DNA of 64,000 nt, taken from assembly GCA_964016885.1 (NCBI GenBank), contig OZ024743.1, positions 220,038,001 to 220,102,000 on the forward strand. The letters run 5' to 3'. Numbering within the stretch: the stretch's first letter is position 1; every line of letters starts with the position of its first letter. This DNA comes from Eledone cirrhosa. Lineage: Eukaryota. Below the pieces are notes generated by a model. It was not told the DNA's origin. It saw only the letters and a program-made list of their open reading frames with translations, and ran no database searches. Shown one piece after another: positions 46,028 through 62,524 of the stretch. The position numbers were made by a program, and so were the translations under genes.

Positions 46028-46326
46028 AAACACGAAAAGAGCAAAAGGAAAATAAGAGGAGCGGAGAAACAAAAGAAACTAGAAGGGGAAAGAAATGGAA
46101 AGAGGCATATTGAGATATACCACCCTTGGCTGGGTGGTATATCTCAGTTGCACCCCACGGACACGATGGCGAAATGATTGTCGAGGAGAACAGCCAGCGA
46201 TGCCCGCTGCATCAGCCATTCCATTTCACCGGGGTCCTACCTTAGGCGAAATACCTTCTTGATTTTCTGGAGGGGAGCGGCAATCTTGGGATCGAGTACA
46301 CCAGTGGTTCTGATGGTAATCGGCAC
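46028..46326 (-). mobile_element. 3' end of an RLE-type (CRE-like) non-LTR retrotransposon
   Basis: Manual translation VPITIRTTGVLDP...[20 protein letters not shown] resembles the C-terminal restriction-like endonuclease tail. A 15-bp-stem hairpin spans the stop (46111-46146), followed by a pyrimidine-rich UTR and (TA)n. Confidence 0.5.
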
Positions 46327-46771
46327 AAAACAACAACAGAAGACAACAACAACAGCACCAAAAACGCTATTTAGTACCGTATTTTAACCCTTTCATTACC
46401 ATATTTCTAATTCATAGACACTGACTAATATTTTCAAATCATTTTGAAAGTAATCACGAATTAGAAAAAAATGACGATCTTTCACGTTATTAATCTAGAG
46501 ATAAGAACATAACTTATAAGTTCTTACATAGAATTATGATGGAAGATTATTAGATAAATAGAAACGCTTTAAAATAAACTGCTCAAAATGGTAGAACTTT
46601 CTCGTTATTTAGCTGATGTTGGAACATAAAAGTTTCTACATGAAATTATGATGTAAGGTTTTTAGATATGTCGTATACTGTTAAGCAAAAATCGTAACAG
46701 AATTGTTGACATTTCGGTTGCATTCACACACTCACACACACACACAAACATATATTATATTATATGTATAC

Positions 46772-46834
<63 letters not shown>

Positions 46835-47246
46835 CGAAGGAGGTGTGGTAAGGAACCAGATGGACCATAACGCACCAGAGTACTCAATACTAAGGGTAGT
46901 AGAGTGGGTAATAGGAAAATGTTCTATGTATATATATATATAATATAAATATATATATATATATATTTAATACATTAACAGAGAAAGCTTTAAGCAATAC
47001 TCCGACTGATTTCCGTCTCACTCAACAAACATTAGGATATACCATAGTATAATCCCAATTATACGTTTGGGGTGCTAACTATACGTATTTTGCGGATAGC
47101 CAGTTGTATTATTTTATATGAGACATAATTAAATATATATATATCAGATAGGGTGTGGTAAAAACCAGGTAGACCATAACCCACCAGAGTACTCGATACT
47201 TGAGGTAGTAGAGTGGGTAATATGAAAAGATTCAGGACCCCTATAA

Positions 47247-47492
47247 GTAGAATCGAAGTCAGTGTTGCAGCATATGAATAAACTTTATTGGCGTATTACA
47301 ATTGTTTCAGTTCGGTGCCTGACTCTCCTCAAACTGGGTTTGGATATGTCTTTACACATATAAACTCGCACAACTGAGGAGATGTCAAAGAAGATTCGGA
47401 CCCCGGTCATTATGATTGTACTCTAAGCTGATCGATATTGTAATATGCCAATAAAGTTTATACATATGCCGCAGCAGTGCCTTCGATTCTAG
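47247..47492. repeat. Older inverted repeat (arms of about 55 bp) with a degenerate HHR-like motif inside
   Basis: Arms 47247-47302/47437-47492; minus strand TTGAGGA...GAAACAATTGTA. Confidence 0.5.
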
Positions 47493-47641
47493 TTATTTTA
47501 TTTACACTCCGCACACTACAGCCGACATAACTCTGGGATACAACCCAACACGAGACTTCGTAACAGTATTGAATGTTTTGAACAGCGCTCCGCCTTTAAC
47601 TGTAGTTACACACATAACACACACATACTTACACACACGTA

Positions 47642-47724
<83 letters not shown>

Positions 47725-47727
<3 letters not shown>

Positions 47728-48561
47728 GGAGTAGAGGAAGATGAACTGGCCAGTCTGTTCGGTAGGACCTTCCGCCCGGGACCGATGGACAACTTCCAAA
47801 AGTCCCTGGCCTGGCAGTGCTACCGAGGAGCTCTACCAGTTCGAGACAAGCTCTACAGACATGGGCGCCCGGGCAGGGACCCTGCAAAAAAGATCTGTCC
47901 GAGGTGCGTGCGAGACGAAGAAACCGTCGCGCACGCATTCATACACTGCCCGGGCGTCACTGACCTGTGGGGCTATGTAGAACGACTATTGTCGCGGGTG
48001 GGACCAATCCGGTTGACCACCGAGTCCATTGTCATGATCAAACCGCCACCCTCCTTCAAAAACGAAGGAGAGGCGGTTTTCCTTTGTGTGATAGCTATGG
48101 CGAAAGAGGTTGTATGGTGGACAAGGTTGAAAGGGCTGAGGTCAGACACCTTTCTCTCCGGCCAACAACTGATTCTTTTTTTCAAATACCACTTTGAAAG
48201 AAGAATCAGGATGGAGAGAGAGGTGCTGTACCCCAGCAAGTTTTATGAAAGGTGGGTGAAAGTGGCGAGAATGGCCCGAGTAAATGGGCCTTCTCTCTAT
48301 ATCAGCCTGTAGGTTGAGGAAAAGGAGGAGGAGAGGAAAGGAGTACAAACTCTTCGTACTCCTGGAGATGAGGGTTGCACATTTTTTCGGGGGTATGTAT
48401 TACCCATATAAACTGTCTCCCCCTATTGGGGAAAATGGACTAACTTTTTAAATTGCATTTGTGATAACATTTTACACGTTTTTATTGTATGTAACTTCCC
48501 CCTTTGTATTTGTCCCCTTCTTGTGTGCCCCTGTGGCTAATAAAGAAACATATCTATCTAT
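47725..48561 (+). mobile_element. Tx1-like LINE, 5'-truncated copy d (second subfamily)
   Basis: Protein highly similar to the C-terminus of 49615-51957, with many synonymous changes and a diverged 3' UTR. (TATC)n flanks the 5' end and the tail is ATATCTATCT. Confidence 0.93.
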
Positions 48562-48572
48562 TATATATATAT

Positions 48573-48885
48573 GGTAAATTTCTTTAAGTCGTTTGGAAGC
48601 CTCGACAATGCAAATGGGTAAATCTCCGGGTAACAAGATCCGGTGGTGGAGAGAGAGATGTAAGTGGGTGTACGCTGAGATGCGTGGTGTGTATAAGACG
48701 TGTAGAGGAATTAAGGAAAGAGCATAAAGGATAAAATAAAAATAACAACACGAGAGAGAGTTACCTTGGGAGAGATTTAATTGTCCCTATATATTTCGGA
48801 TTCACATCCATCAACTGAGGTTTTTTCCGGGGTGGGGGAAAGGTTGTCTGTCGGAAAGGTGCGAAACGCGTCCTCCGCTGTTCGT

Positions 48886-48929
<44 letters not shown>

Positions 48930-49084
48930 GCCACGCATCTCAACGTACACCCACTTACATCTCTTTCTCCACCACCGGATCTTGTTACCCGGAGATTTAC
49001 CCATTTGCATTGTCGAGGCTTCCAAACGACTTAAAGAAATTTACCTTATCATTCCACAATGCTTCAAGCAAACTTCAATACTCT

Positions 49085-49088
<4 letters not shown>
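48573..49088 (+). mobile_element. Fold-back insertion with arms of about 120 bp
   Basis: Arms 48573-48695/48922-49045; HHR-like fragments (GAAACGCGTC) in the spacer. Confidence 0.6.
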
Positions 49089-49154
<66 letters not shown>

Positions 49155-49452
49155 AGCAAAGAGATATTTAATTAGTTGGTAATTCAACAAATTTATTTAT
49201 AACAGATCCGAAGCACTCAACAGTTTACCTGGAGTATAATAAATATAATATATAATATAATATAATAAATATAGTTTCCATTTATTAATATTATTGATAT
49301 ATATATATATATATAACCAAAGATTCGTATGGTTCGTTGATTACTCGACGAATACAATATTACAATAGATTAGAAGCACTCAACAGGTGATTTTCTGCCA
49401 ATACTGGAATTGAATAATCAAACCCGTAGCGGTATGTCACATATCAAATCAT

Positions 49453-49517
49453 ATATTTTGTCTGATGAAAACGTACTTAAACACCATTGTACCTTTGAAA
49501 TATGTATAATAAAATAT
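49453..49517 (+). ncRNA. Hammerhead motif (family C)
   Basis: atattttgt-CTGATGA-AAAcGTAC...GTACcTTT-GAAA-TATGTAT-A-ataaaatat. Confidence 0.65.
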
Positions 49518-49606
49518 TTATTTTGATTATGCGAATATTTTTCATTTGTTAACATTTTGAATAATATATATATATATATACACCGTATATGTATATCTAT
49601 CTATCT

Positions 49607-52234
49607 GGGCCCGCGTGACAGAGGCCAACAGTGGAACTAAATCCACCATCCGGTCTTTGCGAGACCTGGATGGACGAGCGATTCTTGAGCCTAAGCAGAT
49701 GTGTGAGGCCTTTCAAAGGCACTTTGCCCGACTGTTCGGGAGGGGCGGGGAGCCGGTTGGGAACGTGGACTTCGGTCCATACCTCGACGGCCTGCCGCGC
49801 CTCTCGGACAGGGAGGCGAAGTCCTGCGAGGAGCCGATTTCGGCCGCTGAGATAGAGGACGTGCTGAGCCAATGCGGCAAACGCAAATCCCCGGGTCTCG
49901 ATGGTCTTCCTTACGAATTATATCTAGCTATGCCGGACTTGTTCCCCGATCTCCTCGAGGTGGTCTACTGCAACTGGCAACAGAACGGGAGAATTCCCTG
50001 TACTGTGACCAAGGGCGTAGTCACGCTAGTGAGGAAGGACGAGAACAAGGGGGACGAAATAAGTAACTTCAGGCCCATAACACTGCTAAATACAGAGTTA
50101 CAGATTTTGGCCAAGGTGCTAGCAAAGAGGTTGGCGCTTGTCGTGGGCAACCTGGTGGGAGATGCGCAGACATGCGCTATCCCGTCCAGGTCCATCCATG
50201 ACAACCTCCACCTCATGCGATACATCATAGAGAGGGTTGGGAACGAACCCGGCTTTGGTGGGGCTCTGATCAACTTGGATCAATCTAAGGCGTTCGATAG
50301 GGTCGACCATGGTTACCTGGATGCGGTGCTAGCGGCGGCAGGCTTCGGACCCGTTTTCAGGGGCTGGATCACTGCTATGCACAGCAGCCGCATCTGCTCT
50401 AGGGTCAAGGTGAACGGCTACCTCTCGGAGCCGTTCAAAATCGCGCGGTCCATCCGACAAGGGTGCCCTCTCTCCTCCCTTCTGTATGTGTTGACTCTCG
50501 AGCCACTACTGCGGAAGTTGGAGTTGTTGCAGGGCATCCCTTTGGAACCGGGATTGCGGAAAGCGGTGTCGGCCTACGCCGATGACGTGACAGTAATGGT
50601 GTCGACGGCCTCCGAAATCGAGGCGGTCGGCACCTTACTGGAGGAGTACGAAAAGTTCACAGGGGCTAAGCTGAACCGGGACAAGTCGATCGGTTTGCAA
50701 CTCGGCACGTGGAGGGGCAGACCGATGCCCTCCGATGGCGTCGTCGGACGCTGGACGGAGGGCCCGGTGAAGTTGCTCGGGGTCTGGTTCGGACCGGACC
50801 TCCAGGTGGAGAAAAACTGGGCGGAGGTTACGAACAGGGTGTTTGCACTGACCCAGAAGTGGGCCAGTTGCAAACTATCCCTGAAAGGTCGGGCGGAGGT
50901 GGCGAACACCTACATAGCGTCCGTCATCTACTACCGCATGACCGTAGTGCCCTGCCCAAGGGAAACCCTCACCAAGATGGAGCGCGCGCTCTTCCAATTC
51001 CTTTGGAAGAGGCGGGCTCCTATGGTGAGGAGATCCATCTGCTGTCAACACCCTTCGAAAGGAGGGCTGGGGATGCCGTGGCTAATGATGCGTAAACACG
51101 CATTAAGGCTACGGCACCTCTACGTATTCCTCACCGGACAACCGGTGTGGGCCTCGTTTGTGAGACGAACCTTTCCCAGACTCGTCTCACTCACCGAGCT
51201 GCAATCCTGGGTCAAGCAAAGACCGAGAAAACTGGGCGCCTGGCACACTGAGTGTGCCCAGGCGCTCACCGCCCTCTGGCAGGCGGATCCGGTTATCAGT
51301 GGAGACTCCACCGCAACATTCTATAGAGGGCTGGTACGCAGCAGGTGCGACGACGCCCTCGGAGAAGCCCTAGACATGGAGGAGGACGAACTGGCCAGCC
51401 TGTTCGGTAGGACATTCAGCCCGGGACCTATGGACAACTTCCAGAAGTCCCTGGCCTGGCAGTGCTACCGAGGGGCTTTACCCGTTCGAGAAAGGCTCTA
51501 CAGACACGGGCGCCCGGGTAGGGACCCCGCCAAAAAGATCTGTCCCAGATGCGTGTGCGACGAGGAAACCGTTGCACACGCATTGGTACATTGCTCGGGC
51601 GTAGCCGATCTGTGGGGCTATGTCGAACAACTGCTGTCAAGGGTGGGACCGATCCGGTTGACCACCGAGTCTATTGTAATGATCAAGCCGCCTCCCCCCT
51701 TCAAAGATGAAGCAGAGGCGGTGTTTCTGTGCGTAATAGCCATGGCGAAAGAGGTTGTATGGTGGACGCGTCTGAAAGGACTGAGGTCAGGCACCTTTCT
51801 CTCTGGCCAACAACTGGTCCGTTTCTTCCGATATCATTTCGGAAGAAGGATCAGGATGGAGAGAGAGGTGCTGCACCCCAGCCGTTTCTATGAAAGATGG
51901 GTGAAAGTGGCGAGAATGGCCCGTGTGAATGGGCCTTCACTCTACATCAGACTATAGGTGAGGAAGATGAAAGACCAAGGGAGCACCCCTTCTCTGTGCT
52001 CCTGAGGAGAAGGGTTGCACACTTTTTTCGGGGGTGTGTGCGACCCCCCAAGGCGCCTCCTCTCTATTGAGGATTTTGTTAAAAATTTTATTTTTTGTTA
52101 TATCTTATTTTATTTTTATATTTTGTTATTGCCTCCTCCTTATTGAGGACGCCTTTTTGTGTAAACTCCCCCCTTTGTACTTGTCCCACTTTTGATGCCC
52201 TAGTGGCAAATAAAAGAAACATATCTATCTATCT
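49607..52234 (+). mobile_element. Tx1/L1-clade LINE, 5'-truncated copy e, in (TATC)n
   Basis: Intact RT-to-3' ORF and AATAAA near the end; ATATCTATCTATCT on both sides (49593-49606, 52221-52234). Confidence 0.95.
49615..51957 (+). CDS. Partial ORF2 of Tx1-like LINE: reverse transcriptase plus C-terminal CCHC zinc-binding region (endonuclease lost by truncation)
   Basis: 780 uninterrupted codons with KSPGLDG, NFRPITLLN, LDQSKAFDRV, RQGCPLS, YADD, KGGLG and CPRC...ETVAHALVHC. Confidence 0.93.
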   Translation: MTEANSGTKSTIRSLRDLDGRAILEPKQMCEAFQRHFARLFGRGGEPVGNVDFGPYLDGLPRLSDREAKSCEEPISAAEIEDVLSQCGKRKSPGLDGLPYELYLAMPDLFPDLLEVVYCNWQQNGRIPCTVTKGVVTLVRKDENKGDEISNFRPITLLNTELQILAKVLAKRLALVVGNLVGDAQTCAIPSRSIHDNLHLMRYIIERVGNEPGFGGALINLDQSKAFDRVDHGYLDAVLAAAGFGPVFRGWITAMHSSRICSRVKVNGYLSEPFKIARSIRQGCPLSSLLYVLTLEPLLRKLELLQGIPLEPGLRKAVSAYADDVTVMVSTASEIEAVGTLLEEYEKFTGAKLNRDKSIGLQLGTWRGRPMPSDGVVGRWTEGPVKLLGVWFGPDLQVEKNWAEVTNRVFALTQKWASCKLSLKGRAEVANTYIASVIYYRMTVVPCPRETLTKMERALFQFLWKRRAPMVRRSICCQHPSKGGLGMPWLMMRKHALRLRHLYVFLTGQPVWASFVRRTFPRLVSLTELQSWVKQRPRKLGAWHTECAQALTALWQADPVISGDSTATFYRGLVRSRCDDALGEALDMEEDELASLFGRTFSPGPMDNFQKSLAWQCYRGALPVRERLYRHGRPGRDPAKKICPRCVCDEETVAHALVHCSGVADLWGYVEQLLSRVGPIRLTTESIVMIKPPPPFKDEAEAVFLCVIAMAKEVVWWTRLKGLRSGTFLSGQQLVRFFRYHFGRRIRMEREVLHPSRFYERWVKVARMARVNGPSLYIRL

Positions 52235-52317
52235 ATATAGTGTAGTACAAATGTTATAAATAATCCAGAGTAAGGGCATTCAGTCCATAGAACGAGTTAA
52301 ATATAATTAGTTACAAT

Positions 52318-52500
52318 AGTTGTTTCTACTTTTGGCACAAGGACAGCAATTACCCAGCACATTACTGGTACTTTATTTTATCGACCCCGTATGGATGAAA
52401 GGCAAAGTGAACCTCGGCGGGATTTGAACTCAGACCGTAAAGGGACGTAACTATGCTGGAAAGCATGGCGTCCAGCTCTCTACCGATACTGCCAATCCAC
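52318..52500 (-). mobile_element. Full-length tRNA-derived SINE
   Basis: Same family as 41924-42115. Confidence 0.88.
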
Positions 52501-52695
52501 ATAGTGACATATAAAAGTACTTAAGCTTCATTGGGTTATACACCCCAACTCAGCCTGGAGTTGGGGTGTATAATAACCCAACAAGTACCTGTATATGTTA
52601 ATGTTGTAACTAATTATATATATATTCAAATATATATATAACTCGGTATCTACACACACACACATATAATATATATATGAGTGTGTGTGTGTATG

Positions 52696-52726
<31 letters not shown>

Positions 52727-52851
52727 ATGCATGTATATACATATATATTTGTGTGTATATATACATGTAATGTATATATATATATACATAAATATATATA
52801 TTTATATATATACATATATATATGTATAGGTGTATATATATATCTGTATAC

Positions 52852-52886
<35 letters not shown>

Positions 52887-53001
52887 AAAAGAACAAGACC
52901 CCCGGGGGCCTTGACTCTTTTCCTATTACCCACTCTACTACCCAAAGTATCCAGTACTCTGGTGCGTTATGGTCCACCTAGTATCTCACCACACTTCCTT
53001 C

Positions 53002-53046
<45 letters not shown>

Positions 53047-53051
<5 letters not shown>

Positions 53052-53253
53052 AACAATTAAGACCCCGACGGCTGAACTCAAGCCGTTTCGACGGCTAATT
53101 CTGTACTGAATTCAGTACAGAATTAGCCGTTGAAACGGCTTGAGCTCAGCCGTCGGGTTCTTAATTGTTCCTATTACACACTCTACTACCCTAAGTATTG
53201 AGTACTTTGGTGCATTATGGTCCACCTGGTTCCTTACCACATTTCCTTCATTA
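53047..53253 (+). mobile_element. Family A fold-back element
   Basis: Loopless apex CTGTACTGAA|TTCAGTACAG at 53110/53111. Confidence 0.82.
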
Positions 53254-53332
53254 TATATATATATATATATATATAACTGCCAAGACTGGAATTGAACCAT
53301 CAGCACAGTTCAGGTATGTCATACATCAATTT

Positions 53333-53400
53333 ATATATTTTATCTGATGAGGACGTAGTGTAAAAATAGCACAGTACTTCCGAAATATAATAAAATATAT
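53333..53400 (+). ncRNA. Hammerhead motif (family C) with 11-bp stem I
   Basis: atatattttat-CTGATGA-GGA...TCC-GAAA-TAT-A-ataaaatatat. Degenerate relatives at 12839-12905 (+) and 44508-44573 (-). Confidence 0.72.
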
Positions 53401-53539
53401 TTTGATTACGTTGAATGTCTATATTTATTAATAATTTGAATTAATATTAATAACTCCAGAAATTTGTCTTGTTGAGTGCTTCTAATCTATTGTAAAACTA
53501 TATTTATTGATTAATCAATGAACCTTGTTTAACTTTTGG

Positions 53540-53596
<57 letters not shown>

Positions 53597-53601
<5 letters not shown>

Positions 53602-53689
53602 CTAAGTGTGAAGAACAAGTAGACAAAAAATACAAAATTTTTCTTCGAAGAAAAATTACATGTTTTTGTGTATTTGTTCTTCACACTTA

Positions 53690-53695
<6 letters not shown>
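53597..53695. repeat. Imperfect palindrome of about 100 bp in (TA)n
   Basis: Centred on TTTTCTTCGAAGAAAA. Confidence 0.75.
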
Positions 53696-53778
<83 letters not shown>

Positions 53779-54165
53779 AACATATAAACATATATATATA
53801 CATATATATATAGCTGTAATTGATTGATTGTTTATTTAATTCATTCATCGAGCAAAACTGGCAAAGGATGGACACTACACATATGTGTTTATACTTATAT
53901 ATATATATATATATATATATGGAATTTGTAGTTTACTTGAAGCATTGTATATGGTATAAAGAATTCTATGTTGGAAATGCAAGTTTGAACGGGGAAAAAT
54001 TCAAAACCTAAGAATCTGACCAGCATGGTACAGCAAGTCACATCGGACACTGGAATATTTCCATTATTTTCCTCGGCAGAAGAAATATTAATCTCGAAAT
54101 ATCAAGACAAGAATAAATTAAGATAAAAAAACAAACCGTTTCTTACGTTTAAAATTTTTTTCCGT

Positions 54166-54199
<34 letters not shown>

Positions 54200-54205
<6 letters not shown>

Positions 54206-54345
54206 AAAACAGATGAAATCGAAAATGCAACTGGAGTCTTTTTTTTTAAAAAGACTCCAGTTGCATTTTCGATTTCATCTGTTTTCCTTATACTTTCACT
54301 CGTGTAGGACACCTCATTTTTTTTTCATTTTGTAAAAAACCTCAC

Positions 54346-54353
<8 letters not shown>
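54200..54353 (+). mobile_element. Shorter fold-back copy of the 12466-12818 family
   Basis: Same 3' tail; apex at the T/A run near 54247. Confidence 0.8.
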
Positions 54354-54407
<54 letters not shown>

Positions 54408-54670
54408 CACTCTACAACGAATTCTAATGTTCAAATATACGAGCGATCTCCTATGTATGTATGTATGTACACATGCACACATGTGTGTGTATATATATTG
54501 TCATAAATATATATTTGTCTCTCTCTATATATATACACACACACACACATACACACACACACACGCACACACAGACATATATATATATAGTTATGTAATA
54601 AACAACATAAGATAATTATTTTCTTTACCAAATATATACACACACATGTGTGCATGAGTACATACGCACA

Positions 54671-54706
<36 letters not shown>

Positions 54707-55259
54707 TGATAGGTAGGTGTGGTTAGAGACGAAAGAGGAGCAATCAAGAAATTGAAACTATTTACTTAATCATTTGTTAATCCTGAAATATGTAAAACTG
54801 TTAATAAATACACTTTGATGCATTTCCTCTAAACCTGTACAACCCGAACTTCAGGAGTCCAGACATCCACTTGATTATCTACCAATCAAGGAGACACAGC
54901 AGCTAAACTGACTTTATTTTACAATGAAACGAGATAGACGAATAGTTATAAGACTTTATTCTTCTCTTATTTTTTGCAAAAAAGTTGGTTTATTTGCCTT
55001 AATCTGTATGGTGAGCAAATGGGGTCTCACGTGCTGGCCTCCCCACAGCCCCGGCAGACAGAATATAGAAGGCGTTTCCCCGGAGGATGGTAAGGGAGAA
55101 GAATGTATTTCCCAACACAAATTTGTGAATAACAACCTTATAGTATGTGCCTTCCGAACTCAGAGACAAAAAACAATATGTGGAAGGAAAACATAGCAAG
55201 AAATTCAGGGAAATCCTACCCGACACAGACCTCTTGTACAAAGTAAAATTGGGAATTTC

Positions 55260-56425
55260 TGCTGAAGGCCAATGATCAGGTCTGCGCTGGTCAATGTTCC
55301 AGTATGAGAGAGCGTGACATGGTGGTAGAATGATAGAATAGACAGAGCCATAAAATAAAATAGCTAGGAGAGAGTCTTGGCACCAAGTATAGCTAGCAAA
55401 GAGAGAAGCAGAAAAGTTTGTACATGTTCCACTATGTGCGGACTAGTGGTGTGAAGTGTTCCGTATAGCGAGGTAATGTGTCAGGGAAAACCGAGATGTA
55501 GCTGGGGAAAAATGTGTATAAAATAATAATCAAGGACTTGATGCCGAAAGGAAACAGGCATAGAAATGTTATTACGAGAGACTGTTGAACAAGGAGAATA
55601 AGAGGGAGAGAAGGGGCCTGCCCCAAACAGACCCAACTGAGGGACCAGCAGTGTGATAGATAGAAAAATTAAGGATATGAAAGCAGGGAAGGCCAGTATA
55701 GGTGCCGAGATGCTAAACACATCCGGCATGGTTGGTTATGAACTAGACAGACTCATACTTCACCAAGTAATACATGGTGGTGTTACACTCAATGACTGGT
55801 GCAGCAGTATCATTGTAAACTGCTATAAGGGCAAAGATGCAGTAGAAAGACGTAACCACAGAGCCATCAGGAGGATAGTTTAGATCATGAAAGTTACCGA
55901 AAGGGGTATAGCACAATTAATTAGGAACAACATCAAGGAAGATGTGATACAGTTCGACATTATGCCAGGAAAGTGTATTACTGATGCACTCTTCCTTGTG
56001 AGAAGTACTAAGATAAAAGAAACCCTCTGTACCTGGCTTTTGTGGATCTGGAGAAGGCATTTGACAGGGACCCCGCTCTCTAATCTAGTGAAGAGTAAGG
56101 ATCTAGCTGTAGATGAATGACTCATGAATGCAGCTCAATCCATGTGTAGAGGTGTAATAAAAAAAATTGAGAGTTGGCAATGAGTACAGTAATGAATTTG
56201 AAGTGTCAGCGAGAGTCCACAAGGATTCAGTCCTAAAGTCACTTCTGTTTATTATTCTTCTCCAGGCCCTAACAGACTGGCACTTTATAGGAACAGTATG
56301 CTAATGACCAAGTCCTTATACCTGAATCTGTGGAAAAGATAGAGGCGAAATTCCAGGCATGGGAGTAAAAGCGTAAATGGAAAGGCCTAAAAATAAACTT
56401 AACGAAGACTAAAGTACTGATATGT
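55260..56425 (+). pseudogene. Old RTE-group reverse transcriptase relic
   Basis: Frameshifted motifs DWCSSIIVNCYKGK, QFDIMPGKCITDALF, LYLAFVDLEKAFDR and YAND (from YADD). Confidence 0.8.
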
Positions 56426-57279
56426 TCAATCCTTGCTAGCTAAATAGTATATGTATATGTATATGTATAAGTATGTATATATATATATATAACATTTGTG
56501 TGTGTGCGTGTGTACATAAATGTTTGCGACCTGGTTACTTCTTAGCAATAAATTGGGGACGTAGAATGTCAAAGCTTGTCTGAGGCGCTACTTTGCTTTC
56601 CTCAAAACATATCTACAGAATAGGCTTAGTCTGGTATAAAACTGATGAAATCGATCTGACTAACTTACGATCATGAGCCAAGCATCCTAACCACTAAGCC
56701 ACGCGCTTTCATGATGCACACATATACATGAGTACAAAACACAAACATTACAAATACACTCTAATATGCGCGGACCCTCCCACATACAGGTGCATACACA
56801 CATGTATATCGCTTATATGCAAACTCCCTCAAATAAGGAGGAATATGACACCAGTTGACGTGTTTAAGATCTATAAATATAATCCTGTATAGCGACATAA
56901 AAATATTTAGCAAGAAAATTCCAAGACTTTCATAAGAGCATTAGCAGACTTGAAAAATGGTTGGAATTTTAAATTATTAACTGCTGCTTAACCTCAAATT
57001 TCCAGCGTGATTTTCGAAGAAACAACTTAATATATTAATGGCTTCTAATTTCGGGATAAGGGCAACATCAGAGTAAGTGGATTCGATTCAAATATAAGAA
57101 AAAAACAAACAAACAAAAAAACATCCGGTAAAACTTGAATGTCACTTGAAGAATAATATATTGCATACGCGAAATGAACCCGGCACTTTAGAATTAAACC
57201 TCTTGTTATCATGACCCCGTGCTCATATTTGAAGTGAAACATTTTAAAAGTAAAACTTTTCTCAAATCATGTTGTAGTA

Positions 57280-60690
<3,411 letters not shown>

Positions 60691-60712
60691 CAAATAATTT
60701 AAAGCATTTATA

Positions 60713-61135
60713 ATAATGGCTTCTGATTTAGGCACAAGGCCAATCATTTTAAGGGAAGGGAAAATCGATTAAGTCGATCCCCGTGCATTACTGGTGTTTA
60801 TTTAATCGACCCCGTAATGATGAGGGGCAAAGTTAACTTTGGCGGAATTTGAACGCAGAACGTAAAGGGACGTAACTCTATACTACAAAGCATGGCGTCC
60901 GACCCTCTACCAATTCTGCCAATCCATCGCCTTCAAAGCATTTAAAATAATTGTTTCTACTTTAGGCACAAGGCCAGCAACTACCCAGTGCATTACTGGT
61001 ACTTTATTTTATCGACCCCGTAAGGATGAAAGGCAAAGTCAACCTCGGCGGGATTTGAACTCAGATCGTAAAGGGACGTAACTATGCTGGAAAGCATGGC
61101 GTCCGATCCTCTACCGATACTGCCAATCCACCGTT
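60713..61135 (-). mobile_element. Two tandem full-length tRNA-derived SINEs
   Basis: A/B boxes present; TSD-like repeats at 60701-60717/60935-60951 and 60941-60951/61134-61144. Confidence 0.9.
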
Positions 61136-61354
61136 TAAAATAATATTATTTTATCGGCACATCAAAGAGATTTACCAGGGGACTATACATAACAACACAA
61201 AAATGAACTGAAAAATCAACGCTGCTTTTTTTTTTTTACATACTAGCAAAACAACATACAATTAATAAAAACAACACCTAAATAGACAAACAAACAAGCA
61301 ATGTCAGTAGTAGTAGTACTAGTAGTAGTAGTAGTGAAGGGAATTATAATTGCT

Positions 61355-61365
61355 TTACTTACCTG
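61355..61365 (-). other. 5' splice donor (phase 1) closing the Nkx2.2-like exon
   Basis: Minus strand reads CAG|GTAAGTAA, a consensus U2 donor. The in-frame stop follows two codons into the intron. Confidence 0.85.
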
Positions 61366-61950
61366 TTACGTAATGGATCGCTTCGTTGTTTTGTAGCCAC
61401 TGTGTGTATGGGTTATCGGCAACATCGTAGTAGAGAGGGGTGACCGGTGTTACAGAAATATCCTGAAGGTCTGGTATGTTCCCGTTGACCATACTGTTGC
61501 CACTACAATTGACCAATACATTTGTACTAGCGTTGTGATGATTGCTATTATTACTGTTGCTGTTACTGTTGTTGTCGATGATGTTGATGTTGTTAGAATT
61601 ATTAGTGTTATGGTTGTTAGTATTGTGGTTAGTGTTGTTATGGTTGTTAGTATTGTTATGGTTGCTGCTAGTAGTGTTAATTGAGCTTGTCGTGTTTGCG
61701 TTTGTTGTTACTGTTGTTGTACTAGTATCATTTGTTGCTGTTGTTGTAGTAGTAGCATTTGTTGTTATGATTGTGTTGTTATGTGACGTAGTGTTACAGT
61801 TGTTATGATGATTGCTTAATCGATTCGCATTCGTGTTGTGATCATTACTGTGGTTATTATTATTAGTATTATTGTTACAACTAGTATTATTATTAGTACT
61901 ACAGTTATTACTGTTATTTACGGGTGTTGTTATGTTGGTGTTACTATCAC

Positions 61951-61981
<31 letters not shown>

Positions 61982-62492
61982 AACAGCTGCTAGGTGAGTT
62001 CGGCTAATAATGGCTGCTGTAGAGTTTCCACTTATTTGTTGTTTTTGTTGTTGTTGCCGATGTGAGCTGTGTTGTTGGTGATGAGGATGATGAAGGCTGC
62101 TGTTGCTGTTGATGCTGTTGTGATGGTGATGATGGTGATTATGTTGGTGGAGTTGATGACCAGTAGACAGTGCGGCGGCGGCGGCGGCGGCAGAAGAGGG
62201 TAGGGTGGGGCTGCTGTTGAGGGAGAGGTGATGCGGATGGTGGTGTGGCGGATGGTGATGGTGGTGGTTGTGTTGAGGATGATGAAGTGAACGATGTTGT
62301 TGTTGTTGATGTTGATGGTGGTGATGGTGGTGCTGTTGTTGTTGTTGTTGTTGCTGATGATGAAGATGATGATGGTTATGTAACATAGATGCCGCCGCCG
62401 TCGTTTCTGAGTTCATCAAAACTGCATCTGTTGTTGTTGTTGTTGTTCCTCGTCTACCACTGACGCCACCACTACTACCACCACCACCTCTA

Positions 62493-62524
<32 letters not shown>

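Noticed and set aside
47569-48312. 247-aa ORF (and 18817-19440) as host-LINE fusion genes
   Set aside because: Chance read-through from (TATC)n into truncated LINE sequence, with non-ATG starts.
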